Assembly (NCBI GenBank): GCA_965215005.1
Contig: CBDCCZ010000039.1
Span: forward strand, 1 to 64,000
Source of the DNA: Kofleriaceae bacterium
Lineage (GTDB): Bacteria; Myxococcota_A; Polyangia; Haliangiales; Haliangiaceae
Direction: 5' to 3'
Length of the DNA stretch: 64,000 nt
The position numbers were made by a program, and so were the translations under genes. The notes below the pieces were generated by a model that saw only the letters and a list, made by a program, of their open reading frames with translations, made no database searches and was not told where the DNA came from. Below, in pieces: positions 8,842 through 18,332 of the stretch. Positions within the stretch are counted from its first letter, which is position 1. Each line of letters begins with the position of its first letter.

Positions 8842-9732
8842 GTGTCTGATGCATCCAGCGCTCCGCGCACGACCTCCGGGGGCTCGGCGCAGCCCGCGAG
8901 CGGCTTTCGGGCCAAAAATCTCATCATCATTGGCTTGGTCACCGCCGTGGTGTGGGCTGTCGCGATCGCCAGCGAGAGTTTGATCGCGCTCATCGTGGTG
9001 GGCGTGCTGACGGTGCTGCTGGCGGCGCTGTTGTTCTGGGCGTGGCGGATGTTTAGCAAGCAGAAGAGCCTGGCGAATCTGTTGCAGGGAGCGACGGCGT
9101 CGCCGGAGGCGCGGCGTGAGGCGTTGGCTGCGCTGGATGCGCAGAAGGATTCCAAGGAGCTCACGCACGTGTTTGCGCGGGCGCAGTTGGTGGCGGCCGA
9201 CGATCCAGCGGCGGCGCTGGCGATGCTGGAGCCGATTGACCTCAAGAAGGTTCCGCCGGCGATGCAAGACGACTTTGCGCTGCTGCGCGCGCAGCTGTTG
9301 CTGAACTTCGGCAGGGCGAAGGCGGCACGGCCGCTGGTGGATCGGATCAACGTGGACAATCCGCAGCGCAAGGAGGCGCGGGGCATGATGGTTGCGGTGG
9401 TGGCCGAGACGTGGGCGCGGACGGGGCAACCGAAGGAGGCGCTCGAGCTTCTCGATAGCGAGGACGCGTCGTCGCAGGAGAACGATCAGGTGCGCGCGCA
9501 GCTGCTGATGGCGCGCGCGTTCGCGCGGTTCGCTACAGGCAAGAAGGGGGCGGCGCGCGAAGCGCTGCGCACGCTTAGCAGCATCGACGTGAATCTGCTG
9601 GGACGATTTCTGATGCCGCAGTTTCGCGTTCATCCGGGACTGCAGCGACTGGCGCGGGAAATCGCGCAGAAGCATCCCGATGCGCGACGCCAATCGGCGG
9701 CGGCGGCGCCTCGTCGCGGGCGCCCGCGCTAG
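8842..9732 (+). CDS. Membrane protein with two N-terminal TM helices and a TPR-like helical domain
   Basis: Hydrophobic hairpin (LIIIGLVTAVVWAVAIA / LIALIVVGVLTVLLAALLFWAW), Ala/Leu-rich helical repeats, host-like codon usage. The GTG start at 8842 is inferred. Confidence 0.8.
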   Translation: MSDASSAPRTTSGGSAQPASGFRAKNLIIIGLVTAVVWAVAIASESLIALIVVGVLTVLLAALLFWAWRMFSKQKSLANLLQGATASPEARREALAALDAQKDSKELTHVFARAQLVAADDPAAALAMLEPIDLKKVPPAMQDDFALLRAQLLLNFGRAKAARPLVDRINVDNPQRKEARGMMVAVVAETWARTGQPKEALELLDSEDASSQENDQVRAQLLMARAFARFATGKKGAAREALRTLSSIDVNLLGRFLMPQFRVHPGLQRLAREIAQKHPDARRQSAAAAPRRGRPR

Positions 9733-9797
9733 TCGCTAATCGTCCTCGTCCGCGGTCGCGGCCATTTCGCCCTTCGCTCGCCGGGTTACGTCGCCCT

Positions 9798-10112
9798 GGA
9801 GCGCCGGTCGCGCTGGCTTGATCGAGCGAGGCGGCCTCTTCTTCGCTCTGGCCTCCGTCGCCCGGAGCGCTGGTCACGCTGGATCGGGCGAGGCGGTCCG
9901 TCGCTCTCGCTCGCGGCCTGCGTCGCCTCGTCGCCATGGAGCGCTGGTCGCGCTGGCTTGAGCGACGTGAGCTGTCGCCCTTCGCCCACGGCGTAAGCGG
10001 CGCCGGAGCGCCGGTCGCGCTGGCTCGAGCGAGGTGGTCCCTCGCGCTTCGTCCGCGGCCTGATTCGCTCCTGAGCGCCAGAGAGGGCCGGTCGCGCTGG
10101 CTGAGCGTCGCG
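9798..10112. repeat. Five degenerate ~70-bp-period repeats with a palindromic core, between convergent genes
   Basis: Core GGAGCGC(C/T)GGTCGCGCTGGCT..GAGCG starts at about 9798, 9864, 9938, 10005 and 10083. Confidence 0.8.
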
Positions 10113-10173
10113 GCCGCGGTGGGGCGCCCTCGCCTCTTCCTCTCCGACGGCGCGGGCGCGGTTGCGGCGGCGG

Positions 10174-11031
10174 TTAGCTCATCGCGGCTAGTCGCTGCAT
10201 GTCGGCTTCCGACAAGCTTACGTCCAGGGCGCCGAGGTTCTCTTCGAGGTGCTCGATGGATGAGGTGCCGGGGATTGGCAGCATGACGGGCGAGCGATGG
10301 AGGAGCCACGCCAGGGCGATCTGGCCCGGCTTCGCGCCCTTGTCGCGCGCGAGGTCGGCGACGGCGCTGCCTTCACCGGAGAGCTCGCCGGTGGCCAAGG
10401 GAAACCATGGGATGAAGCCGATGCCATGATTTTCGCATGCCTCGAGCACTGGCTCGTGCTTGCGGTCGGTGAGGTTGAAGCGATTCTGCACCGTCGCCAC
10501 GGTTGCGATCTTACGCGCCGCCTCGAGCTGATCGGTGTCGACGTTGCTCAAGCCGATGTGGGCGATTTTGCCCTGCTTCTGCATGTCGACGAGCGTTCCG
10601 ACCTGGTCTTCCAGCGGCACATCGTCGTCGATGGCGTGCAGCTGATAGAGCGGAATCTGCTCGAGTCGCAGGCGCCGCAAGCTGCCTTCGAGGGCCTTGC
10701 GCAGATGCTCGGGGCGGCCGCAGCGCTTCCAATCGTCGGGCCCGGGCCGCGTGAGGCCGCCCTTGGTCGCGATGATAACAGTCTCGGGGTATGGCGCGAG
10801 CGCCTCGCCGATGAGGCGCTCAGAAACGTCGGGGCCGTAGGAGTCGGCGGTGTCGATGAGGTTGACGCCCAGCTCGACCACTCGCTGAAGGAGCCGCTTG
10901 GCCGCCGCGGGGTCCTGCGGCTCACCCCAGATCCCGTCGCCGGTGATACGCATGGCGCCAAATCCGAGGCGGCGAACTTCGAGCTCGCCGCCGATGCGAA
11001 AGGTACGAGATATCTTCGTGTTGCTTGCCAT
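10174..11031 (-). CDS. Aldo/keto reductase
   Basis: RLGFGAMR, IDTADSYG, IATKGG, SLRRL..EQIPLYQLH, GKIAHIGLSN, QIALAWLL, PIPGTSSIEHLEEN. Confidence 0.95.
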   Translation of the reverse strand: MASNTKISRTFRIGGELEVRRLGFGAMRITGDGIWGEPQDPAAAKRLLQRVVELGVNLIDTADSYGPDVSERLIGEALAPYPETVIIATKGGLTRPGPDDWKRCGRPEHLRKALEGSLRRLRLEQIPLYQLHAIDDDVPLEDQVGTLVDMQKQGKIAHIGLSNVDTDQLEAARKIATVATVQNRFNLTDRKHEPVLEACENHGIGFIPWFPLATGELSGEGSAVADLARDKGAKPGQIALAWLLHRSPVMLPIPGTSSIEHLEENLGALDVSLSEADMQRLAAMS

Positions 11032-11250
11032 GGACGTCCTCCGGGGTGTGAGTACGAACGCATGGTACGAGGCCGTGCCCGTTGGTGCACGCCTCCGCGC
11101 ACCGAGAGTGCGAAGCCGCGTGTTATGAGGCAGCGAATATCGCGCAATGCGGGGCAAAGGCCGCAGCTGACCGCGCGACTTCGGCGTCTGTCGCGAGCTC
11201 GCTACGTATCTCGTGATTCACGACTCGCGCCGAGAACCACGAAAACAGCT

Positions 11251-12861
11251 TCATGCCGCGCGCCCCGCTTCTAGCCGCGCCGCGCGCTCTTCGATATATG
11301 CCGCGTAGTCGATAGGCCGGTCGATCAGCTCCTTGCCGCGCAGCTCGATGACTCTCTCGGCCAGGCTCTGAATGAATTCGACGTCGTGCGAGGCGAACAA
11401 GAGCGCGCCGGGGTACTTGATGAGCGAGTTGTTGAGCGCGGTGATCGACTCGAGATCGAGGTGATTGGTGGGACCATCGAGAACCAGCGCGTGCGGGTTC
11501 TCGAGCATGAGCTTGGACAGCATGCAGCGAACCCGCTCGCCACCAGACAACACCGAGACCGGTTTCTTCGCCTCGTCGCCGCTAAACAACATGCGACCGA
11601 GGAACGTGCGCACGAACGACTCCGACTGATCTTCCGAGAACTGCCGCAGCCAGTCGACGATATCGAGCTCGGTCGCGAAGTAGCTCTCGTGATCCTTGGG
11701 GAAATAACTGTAATTGACCGAGTTGCCCCAGGTGACGGTGCCGCTGTCGGGTTGCTGCCGGCCCGCCAAGATGTCTAGGAGCAAGGTCGTGCGCACGCTG
11801 TCGTCGGCGACGAACACGACCTTCTCACCGGGCTTCATCGTGAACGACACGTTGGCGAACACTGGCTCGCCATCGACACTCTTGCTCACATTCTTGACGG
11901 TGAGGAGCTCGCGGCTGAGGAGCTTCTCCGGGTCCCATACGATATGGGGATACTTTCGCGAGCTCGGCCGGATCGACTCGATGTCGAGCTTGTCGAGCAG
12001 CTTCTTTCGGGCCGTGGCTTGCCGAGACTTCGAGGCATTGGCGCTGAAACGAGCAATGAATGCCTTGAGCTCTTTGGCCTTGTCCTCTGACTTCTTGTTC
12101 TGATCGCGCTTTTGCCGTAGCGCCAGCTCGCTGGCTTCGCGCCAGAACTCATAGTTACCGGTGTAAAGCGAGAGCTTGCCGAAATCGATGTCGGCGATAT
12201 GCGTGCACACGCGGTTGAGGAAGTGTCGATCGTGGGAGACCACCACGACGGTGTTCTTGAAGCCGAGCAGGAATTCCTCGAGCCAGAGGATCGAGTCGAC
12301 GTCGAGATGGTTGGTAGGCTCGTCCAAGAGCAGGACGTCGGGATCGCCAAACAGCGCCTGCGCCAGCAGGACCCGGACCTTTTCGCCGTCGTCGAGATCC
12401 TTCATGCGCTTGGTATGCTTCTCGACGTCGATGTTGAGGCCACACAACAAGCTCGCCGCCTGCGCCTCCGCCTCCCAACCATTGAGATCGGCAAACTCCT
12501 GCTCGAGCTGTCCGGCGCGAATGCCGTCCTCTTCGCTGAAGTCGCTCTTGGAGTAGAGCGCTTCCTTCTCCTGCATGATCTCGTAAAGGCGCGTAAAGCC
12601 CATCAAGACGGTGGTGAGAGCATCGACGTCGTCGTAGCCGAAGTGATCCTGCTCGAGGACGCTGAGCCGGAAGCCGCCTGGCATCGTCACCGAGCCCGCA
12701 GTGGGCTGGATCTCGCCGGCGAGAATGCGCAGGAAGGTGGACTTCCCCGCGCCGTTGGCGCCAATCAAGCCATAGCAATTGCCCGGCGTGAACTTGACGT
12801 TCACTTGCTCAAAGAGAATGCGCTGGCCAAAGGAGAGAGTTAAGTCTTGCGTAGCGATCAT
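11251..12861 (-). CDS. ABC-F family ribosome-associated ATPase (YbiT/YkpA-like)
   Basis: Two ABC domains and no TM segment: GANGAGKST, LLLDEPTNHLD, VVSHDRHFLN, YTGNY linker, LSGGE. Confidence 0.93.
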   Translation of the reverse strand: MIATQDLTLSFGQRILFEQVNVKFTPGNCYGLIGANGAGKSTFLRILAGEIQPTAGSVTMPGGFRLSVLEQDHFGYDDVDALTTVLMGFTRLYEIMQEKEALYSKSDFSEEDGIRAGQLEQEFADLNGWEAEAQAASLLCGLNIDVEKHTKRMKDLDDGEKVRVLLAQALFGDPDVLLLDEPTNHLDVDSILWLEEFLLGFKNTVVVVSHDRHFLNRVCTHIADIDFGKLSLYTGNYEFWREASELALRQKRDQNKKSEDKAKELKAFIARFSANASKSRQATARKKLLDKLDIESIRPSSRKYPHIVWDPEKLLSRELLTVKNVSKSVDGEPVFANVSFTMKPGEKVVFVADDSVRTTLLLDILAGRQQPDSGTVTWGNSVNYSYFPKDHESYFATELDIVDWLRQFSEDQSESFVRTFLGRMLFSGDEAKKPVSVLSGGERVRCMLSKLMLENPHALVLDGPTNHLDLESITALNNSLIKYPGALLFASHDVEFIQSLAERVIELRGKELIDRPIDYAAYIEERAARLEAGRAA

Positions 12862-12942
12862 AGGTACGTGCGGCGAGGGCAGCCGCGACATTTGCTGCCA
12901 TGAATCGCGGCACAAGACAAGAGGCTCCAACTCCAATCATAA

Positions 12943-15900
12943 TCATTCCGGCCATTTACAGTTCGTGGCACCCAACTGCTCAGCCTTCGCGGTGGCGCCC
13001 ATACAGCGGTACGCGCGCCGCGCATCGTCCCAGGCTGCAGTCGCCTGCTCGCCCAGACGCTCGCGCACGCGCGCCAGTTGCTCGCTGGCCAGCGCCTCCC
13101 AACGCGGCAGCTGATACATCCGTGCCGTGGCTACAGCCGCAGCCGCGCGTCGCGCCGCGAGCCGCGGCCGCCCGTAGATTCGCGCTCGCTCGCCGCGAAG
13201 CATTAGCGCGCAGGCTGAAAAATTGGCTGGACTGCTTCGCGCGATGCTGTCGACATAGCGACAGGCCCCATTGACCACCGCCGTGAGCCGACGACGGCGC
13301 CAAAACGACGCCTCGGCGAACAGCGCCGCCGCGATGAGCCCGCGAAACACGAAATGCTCCGCGAGCGATGGATTGGAGAAGAACAGCCGACGGCGCTGAT
13401 GGGCGTGTTGGCTCCAGTGCCAGGCTGTCGTGTAGTCGCCCGTCAAGAAGCGTTCCGCCGCGATCAGCACGGCGCTGTAGGCATCGCAAATCGGCGCCTG
13501 CGCCGCGGTCACAGAAGCACGCAAGTCCTCGATGGTGGCCGGCACCGCCGCCCCACGCACCACCGGTAATGCAGTGCCGCGGAGGGTGCTGCAAAGCCAT
13601 AGCTGCGCTAGCAAGCATGCCAGTAGATCGTGCTCGGGCCGGCGCAGCACCATGGAAAGTCGCCGCAGCGCATCGTCTTGCACCATCGCTAGATCGCTGC
13701 CACGAAACAGCTGCAAAGCGATATCGCACGCTGCCGTGTAACAGACATACATGAAGTCGCCAACCCGCAGCGCGCGTTGGTAACCCGCATCGACCAACGC
13801 CTCGGCATCCTCGTACGTACCTACCCAGGGAGCGATGTAGTAGCCCATCGCGAACTCGAGGCGCGCGCGCAGCGCTTCGTCATCAACCCGCTCGCATAGG
13901 CGGAACGCCAGCTCTCCGTATCGGGCAGCGGTGCGATAGGCCCTCATGGCACCTGAAAGCACCACGCCGATGCCGACAAATCCCCAGGGGGTCTCGCTGC
14001 ACGCACCGTGCTCGAGTCCGATGTTGGCGATGCGCAGGAGAATCACCGACATCAGCTCTGGGTCCACCTGGTGGGCGGCTACCGTCATTGCCATGAGAAT
14101 GCTCGAGGCGGCCCGTTTTTGCGCATTGACGCAAGTCGGCATTGCGACCAGCTCGCCGTCGGTAAGCCGCCGCCTGCGCCAGCGAAACCGCGCCAACTCG
14201 CGCAGCACCGCCGCCGAGCTGCCGCGCTGCGGAATGCGTTCGCCGAGCAGCGCCAGCGCTTCCCGGCCCACCGCGAGGGCTTGCGCGTTTTGCGTCCAGT
14301 TGGTGTCGAGCACGACCCGCCGCTCGTATAGATCCGCTTTGGTGAGCACATCGCGGCTGCGCTCGAGACCAAGCTCGAAGAGCGCGCGTGAAGCCTCGGT
14401 ATCGCCACGGAAGTGCTCGATTTCCATCCGCGTGGCCAAGATCGCTAGTGACAGGCCGGGCACGCTTTCCCAGCTATCACCAGGCAAGAGCTCTTCGGCG
14501 ATTGCCAGATGCATTGCCGCGGTGTCGTAAGCGGTGGAGCGCTTGGCGGCGCGAGCGGCACGCCAGTTGAGATCGGCGGCGCGCAGCCGTTCGCGCCCGG
14601 CAAGGGCATCGCGGGCCAGGTTCCAGTGTCGACAGATGCTGAACGCATGGACATCGAGCTCGGTGGCGTGGCGCTCGTAGAGCAGTCGCCCCAGGGTCAG
14701 ATGCATAGCCGGCCGCTGTCTGGCCGCCATGCGCGCACTGCCACCGGCGATGGCGTGCTCGACCGTCTCGCGAACCCGATCGTGATAGGCCTCGGCCAGC
14801 ACGCCCGTGGGGCTTGCCTCCAGCGACACCAGCCGGGCCACGCGCAGTAGATCGAGCCAACGCAGGCATTCCGCCGGGGTCTGCTCGGCGGCCGCCGCCA
14901 CGATGTCGGCAACCACCGGAACTCCGGCCAGCGCGACGATCTCCAGAACCCGCTGCGCTGGCAACTCGAGCGATGCGATGCGCCGACCGAGTACCTCTTC
15001 GAGGCTCAGCGGTGAGCCAACGCCGCCGCGAACGTAGAACTGCAGTAGCTCGTGCAGGAACAGCGGATGCCCTTCGGCCTCGCGGGGCAGCGCGCGCAGG
15101 ACCGCCTGTGCAGCCCCACCCGGATGCAGCGCTTCTAGGAGCTCGCGCGACTGCCGTTCGCTGAGACCACCAAGAACGAGGTGGCGTGTGCGTGCGCGCG
15201 TACGTGAAAAGCGGTCACTACTGCTCGAGGTCACCGAGGAATCGAGCGGTCGTGCCGTCGCGATGAGCAGCACGGGCACCGGCTCATCGCTACACCACAG
15301 TTCCTCGAGCAGCGCCAAGCTATCGTCGTCTGCCCATTGCAGATCATCGATACCAACTAGGACCTGCCGCTCACCGGCGAGCGTGCGCAAAAGGCTCTTG
15401 AGGGCTCCAAACGCGCGAATTCGTAGCTCGGAATAATTGGCCAATGCTGACAACTCAGAAACATCCGGGGGACTCGGCGAGACGTTTCGCAGCACCGGGA
15501 ATGCAGTGAGAAGGGCCTCGAGATCGGGCGGCAACACCGCGGCCAGCTCGATGGCATCGAGCGCGCCGAGCCATTGGCTCAAATCGTCGATGGCGCCGTC
15601 GAATGCTTTGAACGGCAAGGCCTCTTGCTCGTAGCAACGACCTCGCAGTACCAACGCGCCGACCCCCGCATGCTGTTCGAGAAACTGCTCCATAAGAGCG
15701 GTCTTGCCCAATCCGGCGGCGCCTTCGATCAAGAACGCCGCGGTGCGGCCACTGGCGATCTCCGCAAGGCCGCTAGCCAGCGCCGCGAGCTCGGGTTCGC
15801 GACCGACGAACGGCTGACTGCCTCGCTCTGGCGGTCGCACTTCATGCGCGGAAGCCGTGGGTCCCGCGGCTTCGCCTAGCCGCGCAAGAATGGCCTCGGC

Positions 15901-16893
15901 ATCGAGTCGCTGCGCAGGGTCGCGACGCAACAGCTGGACGCATAGCGAGCTGAGATCAGCTGGCGCATCGGGCGCATAGAACACCGGCGGCAACGGCTCA
16001 CTTTGTTGCTTGGCGCGCAACACGCTCGCGGAGTGGCCGCGATGGGGGCGAAAGCCGACCAGTGCTTCGAACAACATCACGCCGAGCGCATAGAAATCGC
16101 TGGCGGGACCGAGCGCGGCCCCGGCGGCCTGCTCCGGCGCCATGTAAGCAACCGTCCCCTGCACCGCGTCACTAGTGCGGATAGCGGCACTGCCGAGGTC
16201 GGCAACGAGACCGAAGTCCAGCAGCACGGCGCGGCCTGTCGCATTGATCAAGACGTTGGAGGGTTTGACGTCGCAGTGGACACGGCCGGTTTCATGCACC
16301 GCGACGAGCCCGCGCACCAGCTGCGGCAGAACCGCGCGCAATCGAGACTCATCGAGAGTGCCGAGCGGCTGGCGAGGCGCTCCCGCCGGACTCTCCAGCT
16401 TGCTGGTCTCGAGGGTCTCTTCGCCGCTGGCGTCAACGAGGGCGGTGGCCTCACCATGCTCGTAGCTCGACGCGACAGCTTGCACGCCCGAGCGCACGTA
16501 GCGGAGGAAGCTCACGCCCTCCAAGAGCTCCATAGTGAAGAAGACTTCTTCTCCGTAGCGATGAAGCTCGTGTAGACGCACGAGGTTTTCGTGCCGCAGG
16601 TCCGTCAATGCGCGAAACTCCCGCTTGAGAGCTAACAGGCGCTCACCGGTGAACTTGCGCAGGGTCTTGAGTGCCACCAACGACTGGAGGCGGCGGTCGA
16701 AGGCCTCGTAGACCAGACCGAAGCCGCCGCGGCCGAGCACGCGGCGCACGACGAAGCGCTCGCCTAGAACGGGCAAATCGGGCGAAATGGAAGTTTCGAG
16801 GCTGCTCTTGCTGGTGGGAATCGCGCGCCTCCCGGTCGTCTTGACGAGCGGGTTGGGAGTACTGCAAGTGCACTGGCAGTGCACGTTCCTCAC
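12943..16893 (-). CDS. Ser/Thr kinase fused to an AAA/STAND-like ATPase and helical repeats
   Basis: LGRGGFGLVY, VALKTL, HCDVKPSN, DFG, YMAPEQ; FVGREPEL, GAAGLGKT, IDDLQWAD. The true start is probably somewhat downstream of 16893. Confidence 0.92.
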   Translation of the reverse strand: MRNVHCQCTCSTPNPLVKTTGRRAIPTSKSSLETSISPDLPVLGERFVVRRVLGRGGFGLVYEAFDRRLQSLVALKTLRKFTGERLLALKREFRALTDLRHENLVRLHELHRYGEEVFFTMELLEGVSFLRYVRSGVQAVASSYEHGEATALVDASGEETLETSKLESPAGAPRQPLGTLDESRLRAVLPQLVRGLVAVHETGRVHCDVKPSNVLINATGRAVLLDFGLVADLGSAAIRTSDAVQGTVAYMAPEQAAGAALGPASDFYALGVMLFEALVGFRPHRGHSASVLRAKQQSEPLPPVFYAPDAPADLSSLCVQLLRRDPAQRLDAEAILARLGEAAGPTASAHEVRPPERGSQPFVGREPELAALASGLAEIASGRTAAFLIEGAAGLGKTALMEQFLEQHAGVGALVLRGRCYEQEALPFKAFDGAIDDLSQWLGALDAIELAAVLPPDLEALLTAFPVLRNVSPSPPDVSELSALANYSELRIRAFGALKSLLRTLAGERQVLVGIDDLQWADDDSLALLEELWCSDEPVPVLLIATARPLDSSVTSSSSDRFSRTRARTRHLVLGGLSERQSRELLEALHPGGAAQAVLRALPREAEGHPLFLHELLQFYVRGGVGSPLSLEEVLGRRIASLELPAQRVLEIVALAGVPVVADIVAAAAEQTPAECLRWLDLLRVARLVSLEASPTGVLAEAYHDRVRETVEHAIAGGSARMAARQRPAMHLTLGRLLYERHATELDVHAFSICRHWNLARDALAGRERLRAADLNWRAARAAKRSTAYDTAAMHLAIAEELLPGDSWESVPGLSLAILATRMEIEHFRGDTEASRALFELGLERSRDVLTKADLYERRVVLDTNWTQNAQALAVGREALALLGERIPQRGSSAAVLRELARFRWRRRRLTDGELVAMPTCVNAQKRAASSILMAMTVAAHQVDPELMSVILLRIANIGLEHGACSETPWGFVGIGVVLSGAMRAYRTAARYGELAFRLCERVDDEALRARLEFAMGYYIAPWVGTYEDAEALVDAGYQRALRVGDFMYVCYTAACDIALQLFRGSDLAMVQDDALRRLSMVLRRPEHDLLACLLAQLWLCSTLRGTALPVVRGAAVPATIEDLRASVTAAQAPICDAYSAVLIAAERFLTGDYTTAWHWSQHAHQRRRLFFSNPSLAEHFVFRGLIAAALFAEASFWRRRRLTAVVNGACRYVDSIARSSPANFSACALMLRGERARIYGRPRLAARRAAAAVATARMYQLPRWEALASEQLARVRERLGEQATAAWDDARRAYRCMGATAKAEQLGATNCKWPE

Positions 16894-16955
16894 GCAGAAA
16901 TCGACACTCAGGACGCGCCTGCGCCGTGGCGGAGTGTCGAGCGCGGCGCTGGCGC

Positions 16956-17183
16956 TTACGCGCTCAGCTGTAACGCTTGCCGAACCTCGATGGGCCGCAG
17001 AATCGAATCATGGCGCTGCCGATCGATCCAATCCTCTAGATCGACCGCGTTGAGACGAACGATGCCGCCGACTTTGAACACCGGGAGCGGGTCGCCCGAG
17101 CGTCGCGCCATGTACCGACACCAACGCTCCGAGCGGCCGATGGCGTAAGCAATTCCCTTCCAAGTCTCGACGTAGTTGTTCAT
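16956..17183 (-). CDS. Small excisionase/AlpA-like helix-turn-helix protein
   Basis: 75 aa: WKGIAYAIGRSERWCRY (HTH) followed by PLPVFKVGGIVRL..DLEDW (wing), the typical Xis/HTH_17 layout. Confidence 0.75.
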   Translation of the reverse strand: MNNYVETWKGIAYAIGRSERWCRYMARRSGDPLPVFKVGGIVRLNAVDLEDWIDRQRHDSILRPIEVRQALQLSA

Positions 17184-17449
17184 CGCCGAGCCCGGTTGCA
17201 CGGCGAGTGCCAGGAACTATCGACGCAGCGACCATCCTAAGCTATTGAAAAGACTAGCGGATAAGCCGCCAGCGGCACGCGGTGGAACATCGGGTTACGG
17301 GGTCACCGGTTCGGTGTCACTGTGTCACCACACCGGCGCGGGTCGCTCCACAAGCGGCCCACGCGTGGTCCACGAACGGAGGGAGTCGAGCGTCGGTCGA
17401 TCCGCGTCGAGCTCCCTCGCGTGAGGCGCTGCAGTTTGCAGAGCCCGCT

Positions 17450-17899
17450 TTAAGCCTTGGTCCAGCGCGCACTTCCCGGGAACATGCCCTTCTTCCACCG
17501 GCCGCCGTCTTGCGCCACTTTCTTGAGCTTCTTTGACTGCAGGAGTTTCTGGCGAACCTGGCGCAAGAAGGTTTCCGGGCCGCCTTCAGCCGTCACGAGA
17601 CTTTCGAGCTCTTTGCCAGTGTAGAGGGCACCGGGTTCCATTGAATCAAGGAGCTCTTTCCGCTTGTTCTCCCAGTACTCACGACCGCCGAAGAACTTGG
17701 TGCCCTTAGAGCGCGACTTTGCCGCGACGGGTGCTTGGCTGGATTTGGGAGGACGACCACGTCGCGGCCGTGGCGGTTCGGTCGGAGCCCCTCCGAGCTG
17801 GCTAACGAGCTGAGCCTTGAGCTCGTCGAGACGAGCCTGTGCTTCCTGCAGCTCGATCTGCTTTGCCTCGTATTCTTGCACTAGATCAGTGAGGTTCAT
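17450..17899 (-). CDS. Basic putative DNA-binding protein: coiled coil, AT-hook, and C-terminal helical/winged domain
   Basis: 149 aa from MNLTDLV. Heptad-rich N-terminus, PRRGRPPK AT-hook, Lys-rich C-terminus. Confidence 0.75.
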   Translation of the reverse strand: MNLTDLVQEYEAKQIELQEAQARLDELKAQLVSQLGGAPTEPPRPRRGRPPKSSQAPVAAKSRSKGTKFFGGREYWENKRKELLDSMEPGALYTGKELESLVTAEGGPETFLRQVRQKLLQSKKLKKVAQDGGRWKKGMFPGSARWTKA

Positions 17900-17961
17900 T
17901 AGCGTTGGCTTAACACGTGATGGTCTAGATTGGCCACAGCGGCGACGACCCGAAGTTGCCG

Positions 17962-17975
17962 TTTTTTGCAAAAAA
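17962..17975. promoter_or_regulatory. Perfect AT-rich palindrome TTTTTTGCAAAAAA upstream of the AT-hook gene
   Basis: A 14-bp perfect inverted repeat in otherwise GC-rich DNA, about 60 bp upstream of the ATG at 17899. Function is inferred. Confidence 0.4.
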
Positions 17976-18332
17976 GTGCGGAATTGGCAAGTAGCGACCC
18001 AATACCGCAAACTGCAACGTAGGTGGTTCACGGCTCGGCAAGTGCGCCAGAGCAGCCACTAGCTCGCGCCGGGTGAGCCTTGAGGCACGATTTAGCCGCG
18101 CGATCGGGGTAAGGACGGCCGAGAAGCCCTCATCGAGGTCGATTCGGAGTCTCCCCCCATCCTTTGTTGCTTGTCTGGTCCGCCGCCACGGGATTGATGA
18201 CGCTGAAATCCGCCGCCCCGAGGCGGGGCAAGGGCGGCAGATCTCCGCTGCTCACGTGCCTCCTTCGGCGTCTCCCCAAGCGATCGTTGCTTTGCTTAGC
18301 GGTTTGAGATTGCGCCGTAAACCACTAATCGT

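Noticed and set aside
9798..10112. CRISPR array
   Set aside because: The repeats are degenerate and variable in length, the spacers resemble each other, and there are no cas genes or leader. Reported as a REP-like array instead.
17955..17990. Sigma-54 promoter for the AT-hook gene
   Set aside because: The minus strand reads CCGCAC-N-TTGC and lacks the invariant GG at -24.
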